Shown here piece after piece: positions 14,301-26,571 of a DNA stretch of 64,000 nt. The translations under genes and the position numbers were made by a program. Origin of the DNA: Neocallimastix sp. 'constans' (taxonomy: Eukaryota); assembly GCA_050613775.1 (NCBI GenBank), contig JBODTK010000111.1, forward strand, positions 62,001 to 126,000, in the 5' to 3' direction. How positions within the stretch are numbered: the first letter of the stretch is position 1; every line of letters starts with the position of its first letter. The notes below the pieces were generated by a model. That model was not told the origin of the DNA and made no database searches. It was given only the letters and a program-made list of their open reading frames with translations.

Positions 14301-17300
14301 TCTAATAAATTCATTAATTCTTTATCGTCACTATTAATAAGGGTTTCATTACAACTTTCTAAAGTTGAACAATCTATCACTTCAGGATCTTGATTTTGTT
14401 CTTGATTTCCCATTACTAAATCATTTTGTTCTTCAAAACCATTGTAGTATATTTTATTTTCATCTTCATCTTCATTTTCATTCTCATTTTCATTTTCATT
14501 TTCTTCCTCTTGTTGTTGTTGTTGTTTTCTTCCTTGCTCTTGACATTGTTCCTGAATTTGCTGTTGTTGGTCTTGTTCATTTCCTTGTTTCAATTCTTGT
14601 TTATATTCTTGTCCTTTTTCTTGTCCTTCTTCTTGTCCTACTTTTTGATCATCAAATAATACTTTCTCTTTTTCTTCTTTATCCTCTTCTTCTCCTACAG
14701 TAAGATATGTAGATTTTAGTATAATATTTTGAAGAGATCCCTCAATTTCAACATTTTCATTATTTCTTCTTAATTCATGATCCATGGATTCCATCATATT
14801 ATTAATCATCACCTTACTATTTTCATTTCCTTTATACGTAGTTGGAGGAGAAGGAGTAATATTAGTAGTCTCTTTTATCATGTTAACTCCATTACCGGTA
14901 ATATGACTAATTTGAGTTAATGTTTCTTCTGCTGTTGTTTCAGCTGTAGAAATGAAGGAAGAAACAGTGGATAGTAGAGTAGGAGTTGCAGGTAAAATTT
15001 TTTCGGATATCATAAGTTGATCATTAGTAGAAGAAATTAAAGGAGCCTTAAATGGCAATTCTAATGAGAAAGGAGAAGATTGATCATGTTCATTTTCTTG
15101 TTCTTGTTTTTGATCTTGATCTTGATCTTGATCTTGATCATTATCATTATCATTATCATTGATCAAGGTTTGAGCTGAAATATCAACTTCTTCTTCTTCT
15201 TCTTCCGTTTCCATCATCATTGTATCAAAAGGAGAATGAATTTCTCCATCTTGATCATTTGAATTATTACTTAAGGTATTCTCACTACTACTATCTGTAA
15301 TAGGGGCTTCAGAATTGTTGTTGTAATTATTGTTGGTATTACAATTATTACTGTAGTTATTGTTGTCGTCATCATCATCATTATCATCATTATCATCATT
15401 ATGATTTTCGCTAAAATCATCTTGTGGAGTACAAATTTTTTCAAATAAAAAATCAATAAATCCCCGTTGTTGTAAGAGTGGTTCAATTTCATTTAAAGTT
15501 TCATCATCAGCAACAGATTCCGATTCCAATTTTGATGTCTGAAGTAGATCATTAATATTTGAAGAACCAAAGAGATCCATTATCATAAGACGATCATTAG
15601 TATGACCTAAAAGACGAACCATTAATTGCTCCAAGAGTTCATCACGAAGATCACTAATATCATTAAAAATTCCTCTTTTCATATTATTCAAGAAAGGTGG
15701 GTATAAAAAATGAAGTAGAATAAATTTTGGTTGAGGAAGATTAGAAATCATTTTACGATAATCCAAATATTTTTTCCTTTTATCATCCATAGGAGCAGAT
15801 GCTAACCCTTCAGTTGTCAGAGTACTACCTCCACTTAAGGGTTGAACGATGGAGTTTATTTCATCGGTGGAAACCAACTTATCCATTTCATTATTCTCAT
15901 TATAATTCATTTTAACAGAAAGATACTTTATGATAGAACATTCTTCAATATTCAAATCGTTCAACATCAACTTATAACATAATTCATCTACATTTTTATA
16001 CTTAAGAGCTCTCTGTTTTTTGGAGGTAAGTAATGGTGGTGGAGAAATTTCATCCCTTTCCTCCCTTTCCTTCCTCCTTGAGCCATATGAGCCATTGATT
16101 TCATTATTTTGGGTATCCAATGAAAGAAAATCTTGTGACGACGACACCGTCATTTCTTCAAATGCAGTACCATTCTCTTCTACTATAGGTAAAATCGACT
16201 GATCTTGAAGAATAAGTTTAGATTGCATCATTCGTTTCGAAGGATCTGTTGTTAATTTAAGGGAAGACATCATGAATTGAATTTGTTTCATTTCAGTTTT
16301 AAGTCGTTTCACCTCACGTATTTCCTTACTTTCTTCCTTATGTTTTTGACCACTACGTTTAAAGAATTTTAAAATACCCAATTTTTTAGAGGTAGTACTG
16401 TTGTTGTTAGAAGATTCATGATTCATAGTTTTAGCCTTTTTATCAATAATAAGGGAATTGAGGTCCTGTAGACGAACCTCTAAACTTTCATATAATTCTT
16501 TATCATGATTAATATCAATGAATCGAGCAATAAATTGTTGACGCATTTTCTTCAATGAATCCTTCAATACTTCCATCCCATAAATTTGAACTTTCATCAT
16601 ACTTTCCGTTTCAAGAATATGTTGTTCATAACGATGTAAATAACTATTGGTTAACCATATATAATAGTTTTGAGGTAAGGCCTCATTTAAATGTTGATGT
16701 TGAACATAACGTGTATAAATATCTACTAATTCCGATTTTAGTCTTGATTTTAAGTATTCATACATTTTTCGTAGAATCATTTCTTTAATATTATTTTTAA
16801 CAATATCTTCATGATTAGTAATGGAATTGGAATTAGGATTTGAATCTTTATTATTATTTTTATTGTTATTATTTCCTTTATTATTTTGATGAGTATGATG
16901 TGGATTTGAATGTTTATAATTACCCGTTTTATTATGAACAGTAGTAGAAGTAGTGGAGCTGGAGCTGGAGTGGGAGTTGGAGGTAGTAGTGAAAGGAAAA
17001 AAAACAAAAGCCAAATTACTAAACATATTTTTTGATTTTTGATTTTCTGTAGAGGAAATTAACTGAGCCTCTTTCATTCTATTTTTTTTATTCTCTTCTT
17101 CTTCTTTTTCTATTAATTTTTTCTTTTCTAAATTAATTTTTCGTTTTCCTCGCTTAAGTTTATTTAGTATTCCAATTAATTTTATTTCACAATATCTTGA
17201 CATATCCCATTCCATTTCAGTACTATCAATAAATTGGCAATGTAATTTTTTTTCTTGTAAATCAAATATACATTCGTTGACAACAGATGATCTCCAAAAG

Positions 17301-17512
17301 GCTGCATCATTTTCTACAATTAATTTTTGAAATGCATAACTTCTTTTATCAACACTACTACAGTTATAAAAGAGAGAGGCCAAAAAATCTTTCTGCATAT
17401 AATCTGGTACTTTTATATTCACATTGAATAATAAATCTTGTTCAGTTATTTTTACTTCTGGTAACACTAGAGAGGTATTCTCTCTATCACCAATTTTAAT
17501 TTGTAATCTCAT
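11363..17512 (-). CDS. Large intronless hypothetical protein (~2050 aa) with coiled-coil, acidic, Gln-rich and Thr-rich regions
   Basis: A 6.1-kb uninterrupted ORF with clearly higher GC than its flanks. The first ATG is at 17512 (MRLQIKIGDRENTSLVLPEVK); the track's start at 17590 is a TTG. I recognise no domain. Confidence 0.8.
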   Translation of the reverse strand: MRLQIKIGDRENTSLVLPEVKITEQDLLFNVNIKVPDYMQKDFLASLFYNCSSVDKRSYAFQKLIVENDAAFWRSSVVNECIFDLQEKKLHCQFIDSTEMEWDMSRYCEIKLIGILNKLKRGKRKINLEKKKLIEKEEEENKKNRMKEAQLISSTENQKSKNMFSNLAFVFFPFTTTSNSHSSSSSTTSTTVHNKTGNYKHSNPHHTHQNNKGNNNNKNNNKDSNPNSNSITNHEDIVKNNIKEMILRKMYEYLKSRLKSELVDIYTRYVQHQHLNEALPQNYYIWLTNSYLHRYEQHILETESMMKVQIYGMEVLKDSLKKMRQQFIARFIDINHDKELYESLEVRLQDLNSLIIDKKAKTMNHESSNNNSTTSKKLGILKFFKRSGQKHKEESKEIREVKRLKTEMKQIQFMMSSLKLTTDPSKRMMQSKLILQDQSILPIVEENGTAFEEMTVSSSQDFLSLDTQNNEINGSYGSRRKEREERDEISPPPLLTSKKQRALKYKNVDELCYKLMLNDLNIEECSIIKYLSVKMNYNENNEMDKLVSTDEINSIVQPLSGGSTLTTEGLASAPMDDKRKKYLDYRKMISNLPQPKFILLHFLYPPFLNNMKRGIFNDISDLRDELLEQLMVRLLGHTNDRLMIMDLFGSSNINDLLQTSKLESESVADDETLNEIEPLLQQRGFIDFLFEKICTPQDDFSENHNDDNDDNDDDDDNNNYSNNCNTNNNYNNNSEAPITDSSSENTLSNNSNDQDGEIHSPFDTMMMETEEEEEEVDISAQTLINDNDNDNDQDQDQDQDQKQEQENEHDQSSPFSLELPFKAPLISSTNDQLMISEKILPATPTLLSTVSSFISTAETTAEETLTQISHITGNGVNMIKETTNITPSPPTTYKGNENSKVMINNMMESMDHELRRNNENVEIEGSLQNIILKSTYLTVGEEEDKEEKEKVLFDDQKVGQEEGQEKGQEYKQELKQGNEQDQQQQIQEQCQEQGRKQQQQQEEENENENENENEDEDENKIYYNGFEEQNDLVMGNQEQNQDPEVIDCSTLESCNETLINSDDKELMNLLDQDLKSSFTEKDYHIIYEQLEPSVKSVIDDIINTLKQKFKMYNETYATIDTVQEKNKELLSEINDPGVINQMNQAYQTDQADQADQMDPMNTQEQILNKLLTTSSNPAFSSSSRSSTSPTMNEENSNSEESYHSKKAGNTLSRLITTSSTLLDPSQSFMADSWQMLSTRIGDMTNKINKKIEHDYRQQKFSSYMLFSSYEEIKHLTKEFFANLTSEKDKEFSITDFEFTSSYLHLVATLNVIQYQVEDLFHKTINLMLEHENWRNERNKIITNLQERSIQENEAIQERRKRNNRIQTYLFKQYQLRQQYMAQQLKNKQEYYDKQQLYLLKQNKQLELLKKQEEKEQNGPGLGQEQEQEKEGEEEQQQSMEIYDENETEKENEKEEAENEKDTKEKMEKKEKEEKGEEKEIEIEVEIEIDRFMKSNESINSNSNSDSNSNTISDQKYDNESENKDKNKNENENDNNYDYYNLSTETELEITKENKSEDKKDNEEQSEFDKIFGDDAIEEDDEIIENILERSSNNSLNDQATSKEKITTTEIKDKNKMKRSKGNKTSFSFFKSSSSSSKLSTSTSSDFLSLIPKRVKSLSLDLESRIVKETYFQQGQETMFKNRNRNRSKSKSKTKSKTKNRNRNRLLSSASSTTSSSSFTNSSYSSSPHAQYTLFGQYPSLSLFNNNNHHTNNDQFNIIHTIPTNTSTTSTTTSFTTPTTTTLTATTNTTTPLTATTTTTTPLTTTTNTTTLPATTNTTTPLTTTTNTTTQPATTNTTTPLTTTTTTTIPASTLTATTNTITTTTTTDSKNIPKSISLHFNSRSSDTPQYSSSLRIPRHSNFVATTTDNVRKLRRLSWNGSSTLIPIPNSTHTHNYTHNYIPSTSFSSTTTPTTTTTDSLSLNSSNEFNENLQPIHDINNYLSERFTSVLLKKDSIEDILKKKYLKEREREVSFEFNHFKEQEKEEQTEIKSSFKFNHFEEQGKEQKIEG

Positions 17513-19065
17513 TATTTTTTTTTTTTTTATTATTATTTTTCTTCTTATTATTCTTTCTTCAACAAAAACATTTAACAATTTATTATACAAAATATTTTAC
17601 TTTTTATAACCTAATTTAATAAAAAAAATTTTTTTCCGTATTATTTATATTCTTATTATTATACAGTATAATCTATTGAAATATTCAAACTTCTTTTTAG
17701 CATATATACTTTTAAAATTTTAATTTTGAATTATATTTTTTTTTTAAAGTCTTTAATAATTTTGTCTTAGTATTTAAAAAAAGTTTAAAATATATTTTAT
17801 AAAAAAATTTTATTATGAATATATATATTTTTTCTTTTTTTTTTTTTTAATTTTTCTTGTCTTTATTTCTTCTACTTCTTCTATTAAAATAATAATAAAA
17901 ATGAATATTATTAAAAGAAGACGTCAGACTTTGTGAAAATACTTATAATAAATTTCAAATGTATATATTTTCTCTTGCTTTTTTATCTTCCTTTTTACTT
18001 TTAAAAATATATTATTGATATAAATTGGTATTAATTATAAAGAATAAAATTATATAGCTGATAATGATAATACAATCAATAATATTCTTGTTTTATAAAT
18101 ATGAAAAGAGCTGAACTTTTTCCAAACTATGTACAACAAATTATTTTTTCTTTGAACTTGTACTTAAAAAAAAATTCGTATTATTAAATATTATTTTTAA
18201 TTTTTTGAAATAAACATCATTGTTTGAATAAAAATAAATATATTTGTATTGGATATAATATAATTATTGAAAATGCGAAAATAAATTTTGTTTAAAAAAA
18301 AATATAAAAAAAAATAAATAAATAAGTAATAATAGTCTTTACAGTATGATATATGTTATTGTTAATAGTAATTATGATAAAGATAAAGATAAGAGGGAAA
18401 AAAATTTTTTTATATAAAATTAGTCATATTAAATAAAATATAGTATAATATTGGTTAATATTATTAATATATAAATATTATTTAATAGATATAAAGTTAA
18501 TAATAACAATCAGGAATAAATAACCTTGATAATATTTATATATGTATATATATATGTTGTTTTTTTAGAAAAAAAATATAAAGATAAAATTTTTAATAAC
18601 ACTTTTTTTTATTTTAAAAGTAAAACTGTAGAATATAGAATATAAAATAAATTAAATTAGTTTATATATTTTAATATATATATAATTTTTTTTTTTTTTT
18701 TTGATAGGAATAAAATAAAGAAATTATATGATAAGAATCTTAGTTTACCTTTTATCTTCTATTTATATTTATTTTTTTCTATTTAATATATATATAATTA
18801 TTTACTTTTATTTCTCCAAAATATTTTATATATATTTTTTTTAATATTTAAAAGTAAACTATTATTTTTCTTCATTTTATTAATATCATAGAGTGTATTA
18901 TTTATTTTAATAAATTATTATTTTTTCTTATTTTTTAAAAAAAAAAAAAGCATTATTTAATATTAATAAATATCATTAGAACTTTATTCTTTTATTTTTT
19001 GTTTTATTTCTTCAATATAAAACATATTATTTTTAAATTTGACTTTATGAATTGTTATAAAGTAG

Positions 19066-19135
<70 letters not shown>

Positions 19136-21467
19136 TATATTTAAATATTCAATAAAAAAAATTTGAAAAAAAAAAAAAAAAATTTAATATATTTCTGTTT
19201 CTTACTTTATTTTTTAAAATATTTTTTATATATTTAAAAATAAATAGTAAATAATAAATAATAATTTTATTAATTAAATTTTATTTTAAATATTTTTATT
19301 TATTTATTTATCTATTTTATTTATTTATTCTTAATGCTATTCTATTATTAAGGTACAATAAAAAGATAATATATTCCTTATTATTGAATAATATATACAA
19401 TAATAATATAAAATTTATAAAAATTTTAATTTATAAAATTATTTTTTTTATTTAATTTTTATAAAATTTATATATATATATATTTATATTTTTATATATT
19501 TAAATTTATATATTTTTATATATTTTTCATATATTTATATATATTTATAAATATAAATAATTTTTTTTCCTTAATAAAAATAAAATTGAGAAAAAAAAAA
19601 TATACCTTTTATATTTAATATTTGATAATATATATAAAAATGGTAAAAAAAACTAAATGAGTGGTTTATCATAAATAAAATAATATCATTATTGGTAAAG
19701 CTTTTATATGAAATAATTTAATGAATAGTATATAAAGAATACTATAAAATAGTATAAAAACATAATAAAATATATAAGAAATATTAAAAATAGAAATAAA
19801 ATATAAAGATAAAGAATAAATAGAATAGAAAAAAAAATAATAATAATTAATATAAATTTTAATAAATAAAAAAAATTATTATTTTTGTTTTTATTATAAT
19901 TATTTATATTTTATATATATATTATACAATTACATATAAAGGAAAAAAATCATCCCATTTACAATAATTTAAACTAATTAAAATTATAATAAAAGGTTAT
20001 TATAAAATAAAGATGATGATGATGATTATAATAATAATAATAAAATTAAAATAACTATAAAATTAAAAAAAAAAAAAAAATACCAAGAAAAAATTTAATA
20101 TAACTTTATTCTTTATGAAATAGGAATTAAAAAATAATTTACAAAAAAAAAAAAAAAATTAAAATTAAAATTAAAATTAAAATTAAAATTTAATTTACAA
20201 ATAGGAATTATTTGCATATGAAATTATTTTGTTTGCTTATAAATTGTTAGGATTTATGATCTTTCTCTATCACCGAATGGCTATTCCAATTTTAAAATAA
20301 ACTTTATTAGAGAAGAAAACAAACAAAAAAAAAAAAAAAAAATTGGAAATCCTTTCTTTCTATCTATACATTAAATAGTAATAATTTATATACTAATAAA
20401 TATAAAGTTTAATTAAAGTAATAATAAATAAGAGATTAAAAAATTTTAAATAATAATAAATAATAATCAATAGTAAAATAGTAATTAATAAATTAATTAA
20501 TAATAATCACAAAAATAAAAATTATTAATTATTAATAAAATAATTTATAATAATTAGTAAAATAGTGATTATAGATGAATAACTGAATAACTTATAAATA
20601 TTAATTAGTAAAATACTAAGGATTAATAGTAAAGACAAATTAATTCTCTTTACTTATTTTATACTTTATATTATATTAAACATTAATAACATTTTATATG
20701 ACATTTTTTATATATTTTATAAAATATTTTATTCTATACTTTATAATATTTTACCATTCTATAATATATCATTTATACTATTTATTTATCATTTTATATA
20801 TCATTTAACATTTTCATTAGAAATAGAAATAATAGAAAAAAAATTGATTTATATAATTATAATTAAATCTAAATTTTTAAAATGAATTATTTTATATAAT
20901 TTACTCTTCTTTTTTCATTTTCTTTTCACCTTTTCCTTTTTTTTTTTTTCCCCTTTCTATTTTCATTTTCACCTAACCTTTCTATTTTTAATTTTATTTT
21001 CAATTTCTATTTCTGTATATATATATAAATACATATGAATATATATAAAAATGGCATTGCATAGTTAATTACGTAATTTTAAATAATTAAAACTTTTAAA
21101 ATTTATAAAAAAAAACTTTTTTTTATTCATAGTTTAATTTTGGAAATTTTATAAAATAAAAAGTTTTTTATTATTAATTTTAATTTTAATCTATAATAAA
21201 ATACAAATAAAATTGCATGTAATGTAGTATAATGTAATGTGATGTAAATAATTAAAATGGAAAAACTATTTATGAATATGAAAATTACATGAATATTATC
21301 TATTATTAATTAATGATTGATTAATGTAAATCACATGTCGTTTATTTTGATATTACTTCCTTTTTTAGATATAAAGGATAAAATGAAAAAAGAAAAATCA
21401 AAAAAAAAAGATTTTTAATCAAACTTTAAAATTATTGGATTAATATAATAATAATAAAGGAATAAAA

Positions 21468-21640
<173 letters not shown>

Positions 21641-22049
21641 TTTTTATTAATACTATTTTTATTAAAATTATTATTATAAGTACTATTATTATTAGTACTA
21701 TTATTAATACTATTATTATTATCCTTATTTATTTAAAAAAAATTTTTAAATTTTAAATTAAAAATTATAATCTAACTATCTAATTAAAAAGTATGAAAAT
21801 TGAATAATTAAAGAATAGTATGAATTGTGGCTTCTGTAACTCTCTAATGGAGTAGTTTATATTAAAAATTTTAAAAAAGTTCAAATTTTATTAAAAGGTA
21901 AAAATTAAAAAAAAAAAAAAAGCCTTATATATATATATTAATGTTTTATATAAAATAATATAAAATAAATAAACTATTGATATAATAATACTTAAATAAA
22001 TAAAATAAATAAATAAGAATAAATATAGGAAAAAAAAAAAAAAAAAAAA

Positions 22050-22800
22050 AAGGAATACATCATATGTTTTAAACTCAAATAATCCAATATAGCTAAATAT
22101 TTTATTATTTTAGGCATACTTTTAACAGAATTTTCTGTATATAGAACCATCCTAAATACCTATTGATGGTCTTCATTAATACAATACAAAGCCTATAAAT
22201 AATATTTTTGAAAACCTAAATGACTTCATTTAATTCTTTGGGAATTTTTTTTTTTTTTTAATAAATCATTGCCAAAAGCTTCTAACTGTAATTACTAAAT
22301 ATTTTTCAGCGGAAACTCTCTACAAATATATAGATTAGTCATAATTAATAAGATTTTGAAATCATTGCAACTCTATATATAACGACTATATTTTAACTCT
22401 TCAAAAATTCTATATAAATGACAATAGACAAATTTTATAATTACTATATCGTTTGAATTAGCCCTATTTGCTTATATTGATTTTTTTCTTTTTAATAATT
22501 GTAAAAAAAATTAAAGCAATAATATAATATATATATATATAATAAAGTACTAATGAATATTTATGTAATAATAATAATAATTACAATATTTAATAATAAT
22601 TAAAGAAAAAAAATTATTCATACGTCTATTTCTATCATATAGTCCACATTTAATACAATTTTATTTTTTTTTTTTATCTTTTACATATATGTCTTTCTTG
22701 GAATTTTTTTTTAATAATTGACAAACAAACTATTAAATTTTTTTTGTTGCTGTTGTTATTTTTCTTCTTGATTTTTTTATTTTTCCTCTTGATTTTTTTT
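22050..22800 (-). pseudogene. Degraded coding-like relic, possibly transposon-derived
   Basis: The minus strand gives broken coding-like peptides (e.g. QLEAFGNDLL, IPKELNEVI, NQEENNNSN) with stops and frameshifts. It lies next to MITEs. No family assigned. Confidence 0.25.
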
Positions 22801-23241
22801 ATTTTTCCCGGGTGTATCGCCTTTTATTTTAGTTCCCACTCCCTAAAGGGTATGGGAATATTGAGATAGTCACAACACAACACTTCCATATTTTTCGCAT
22901 AGCCAGATGTTGTCCCTACTGGACGGCCTTACTGAGTGTTCAGCATTGGTGCTCTGACACGTATATTATTACTGAGAATTTTCTAGTATGCTTTTTTCTT
23001 TGGAGTGTTTCTCCAGGTTCTAATTTCCCTTTGAAGCGAGACCCAATATAACCTAACCCAATGATATAAATACTATATAAATCAGAAAGATTGCAATATA
23101 GTATTTAGGCAACCTTCTCAGGCCCACAATTAGGACAGTATCTATATTACTTTGGGAGATTTAGAATGTGATATATATATATACATATAATAGAGGGAAA
23201 TACTTACCTGTAAGCCTAACCACAGGAGTGGGTATTTCCGG

Positions 23242-23752
23242 GAGAGTTGCATTTCCCCAAATTGCATTTCGCCATGTTGCATTTCGCCAAGTGGCGTAGT
23301 ATTACAATGTTGCAATTCCCCAAGTTGCATTTCCCCAAGTTGCTTTTCGCCAGGTTGCATTTCGACAAGTAGAGTATTGATATAAATAAATGAATAAATA
23401 AATAAATATTAATTCAAAATATATTTTTTTTAAAATTGTTTTTATGCGATATTAATAATATTTAATTTTATTTATTGATTTTTTTTCAATTTGGCGAAAT
23501 GCCACATTATTTTGAAAGCATATGACGTATTAAAAAAATGTGGCATTTCGCCAAATTGAAAATTATTAAATAAATCAATAAATCAATAAATAAAATTAAA
23601 TATTGAATAAAAAGAAGTTTAAAAAAATTATTTTGAATTAATATTTATTTATTTATTTATTTATTTATTTATATCAATACTCTACTTAGCGAAATGCATC
23701 ATTTTAATACTACCCCACTTGGCGAAATGCAATTTGGGGAAATGCAACTCTC
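23242..23752. mobile_element. Fold-back MITE (non-autonomous DNA transposon), 511 bp
   Basis: Perfect terminal inverted repeats GAGAGTTGCATTTCCCCAAATTGCATTTCGCCA / TGGCGAAATGCAATTTGGGGAAATGCAACTCTC. It carries 15-bp subterminal repeats (TTGCATTTCGCCAAG-like), and complementarity continues almost to the centre. Candidate degenerate 8-bp TSD: ATTTCCGG (23234-23241) / ATTTTCTG (23753-23760). Confidence 0.9.
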
Positions 23753-23956
23753 ATTTTCTGTAAAAACCTCTTGTGAGGAAAACCAAGAAATAGTCAAAGG
23801 ACAGGGTCAAACCAGGATCCATATGTATGCTAGCCCACGGACTAACAACCAGGATAGATCCTGATTCTTTTTTTTCTTGATACTTCATCTCATTCACTCT
23901 TTTTGTCATAGTTTTGAAAATCTAACCCTTTCAAAATATGTTAATGTTAAAAAAAA

Positions 23957-24270
23957 ATCGTGCGTTTAGCAATCGTACATTTCGCAATGTGGCTTGTTTT
24001 TCAATAATCAAATAAATAATAATAAATATTTTTTTTTATATGTATATAATTTATTAATATTCAATTATAAAAATAATTTTTTATAATTCTTTTTTAATAG
24101 AATATATTATTATTTCTTTTGAAATAGTTATTTAATAATATTTAATTGAAAAAATATATTATTATTTCTTTTAAAATAATAATTAATTATATATTTATTT
24201 ATGATTGTATAGAATATCTTAAAAATTTTATACGCCACATTGAAATATGCACGATTGCAAAATACACTAT
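23957..24270. mobile_element. Second, more diverged MITE
   Basis: The left end GTGCGTTTAGCAATCGTACATTTCGCAATGTGGC aligns with the reverse complement of the right end, GTGTATTTTGCAATCGTGCATATTTCAATGTGGC. The interior is AT-rich. No clear TSD. Confidence 0.7.
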
Positions 24271-24433
24271 CCCCAAAAAAAATACCATCAGTATAGTGCT
24301 ATGGTTTAGGTATACAAAGGAATCATAATATGAGCCACTACTAAATTTCTATGTTCGACCGCCCTGTGATTCCATGAAAATAAAACAAAATTTCCTTATA
24401 TAATTATCACGCCATAGATTATATTTCTAAGAT

Positions 24434-24464
<31 letters not shown>

Positions 24465-25480
24465 GTAGTTTCGTCATTTTTGATTATTTTAAATGTTCCA
24501 TCTTTTTTTTTGCAGATATTATATCATAAAGATCATAAAGTTTTTTTTTTTTTTTTTATTTTTGTTTACAATAATAAACCTATTTCTGATAAAGGCTTTT
24601 TTCAAATTTTTTTATTTCATCACAATTATGCTTTTCCATCTGATTAATAATTATGACTTCTATGGGTACATGTTCCGAATAAAAAAAAAAAAAAAATTGA
24701 GATCTACCATCATCTTCATTATTATTTGATAAATGATAGAAATAGTTAATATCAAGAGAGTCAACGCTGGAAATGTAGTAAGACATGCTAGCAAGGCGAA
24801 GAATTTATTTACACACTTTATTTTGAATATTACTTTAAATTTCACATTGCTATTTAATATATTATTTTATTCAAATGGACAAATAATATTTATTATTTTT
24901 TTTTATTAATTTAAATATTAATGTAATAAATTAATGAATAAATAAATAAAGTTTAAAATTTTCAATAAATGAAACTATTAAAAAAAAAAAAATAGTTAAT
25001 ATCAAGATTATTTTTTTAACATATCATATGAAATGAAACAATAAGATATATCTTTTTTTTTTTTTTTTTTTTTAAAAAAATGTTAATAATAATGATATAA
25101 TTATAAAATTTTTTTTCCTTACATATATATATAATATATATTAGTTAATTATTAGATATGTATTCAACTAAATATTAATGTAACGTTTATTTATTCTTTT
25201 TCTTAATAGAATGCTATTAATGATTTATAATTTATTTATTATTTTTTTTTATAATATTAATTATTTATTATTAAATACATTTTTATTATTATTGAATATT
25301 CAATAATAAAATACAAAATATTTAAAATTTATTTAAACTTCAACAAAAATTCTCTATTTATTAACCATTAAATAATGGGAATGTATTAATAGTAATAATG
25401 TACAATTAAAATGATTTATTGAATTAAAACTAATCTAAAAAACAAACAAACGAACAAACAAACGAACAAACAAACAAACA

Positions 25481-25482
25481 AA

Positions 25483-25553
<71 letters not shown>

Positions 25554-25554
25554 C

Positions 25555-25585
<31 letters not shown>

Positions 25586-25586
25586 C

Positions 25587-25641
<55 letters not shown>

Positions 25642-25655
25642 CTAAATAAATAAAT
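25481..25655. repeat. (TAAA)n microsatellite preceded by (CAAA)n
   Basis: Read directly. Confidence 0.95.
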
Positions 25656-26350
25656 AATTAATTAATTAATTAATTAAATAAACTTTATTTTAGTAATTTT
25701 AATAATAAAAAAATTTTATTTTATTATTTAAGTAATAGCTTTATCTTTTTTTATTATTAAATATCCAAATAGTCATTGTAAGTTGCCGTAAAAATATTTT
25801 AATCATTAATATATTAAAAAAAAGTTTGCATTTTTTCAGTGGACTTTATATATTGTAAAAGTATATCAAAAATGTTTTCTTTATTACCGTTTTTTTTTTT
25901 ATGCAGATGAATATGCATAAAATGTGTAAACTTTATTAAGAGTAATATTAAAGAATATTAAAATTTTATCAATTGAAATAAATTAATATTGATAATCATT
26001 ATTGTTCTATTATTATTCATATAAACTTTTTTTAACAAAAATTTTTATTAATTTTATTATTAGTATTTTCATTATTTTAAATTATTATTATCATTGTCAT
26101 TGCTATAAATAAAAACTTTTAATTTTTTTTAATAAAAATGAAAAAAATTTCTATTTATAATAATGACAGAATTATAATTATCATTATTATTTAAAAATGC
26201 AATCTTTACTATTAATCATCAATCTTCTTTTATAAATATATATTGTTTATCATCATTAACAAATTATTTTTTTTTCCCTTTTATTGTCATTTGTGTTACT
26301 TTGCTGGGTACCTATAATTAATAATAAATAAAAAATAATTAAATAAAAAA

Positions 26351-26405
<55 letters not shown>

Positions 26406-26571
26406 AGCATAGGTATTAATTATTTCTCTCTTCTCTCTTCTCTGTTCTATGGAATATAGAACTATGAATAATTAAATAATTCTTGGTAATCTTTAATGAC
26501 TACTTTTTTTATTTTTAATTTTGATTTTATTGATTTACTTAGATATATATATTCTGTTGTCATGTGATCAC

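Noticed and set aside
22815..22830. TCGCCTTTTAT resembling U5 snRNA loop 1
   Set aside because: The invariant loop is GCCTTTTAC, and I see no flanking stem or Sm site.
23049..23061. TAACCTAACCCAA as a telomerase RNA template
   Set aside because: It is not a full 1.5-repeat template for TTAGGG, and I could not identify a supporting pseudoknot.
23200..23210. ATACTTACCTG, identical to the U1 snRNA 5' end
   Set aside because: There is no U1 stem-loop I loop (GATCANGAAG), U1A loop or Sm site downstream. It is equally the complement of a consensus splice donor.
23247..23370. CRISPR-like short repeats and the ORF at 23142..23360
   Set aside because: These are tandem 15-bp units without unique spacers inside a TIR element in a eukaryote. 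The ORF is a by-product of the repeat.
24285..24372. tRNA-like A box (TAGTGCTATGG) and B box (GTTCGACC)
   Set aside because: The T-stem and acceptor stem do not pair, so no cloverleaf forms.
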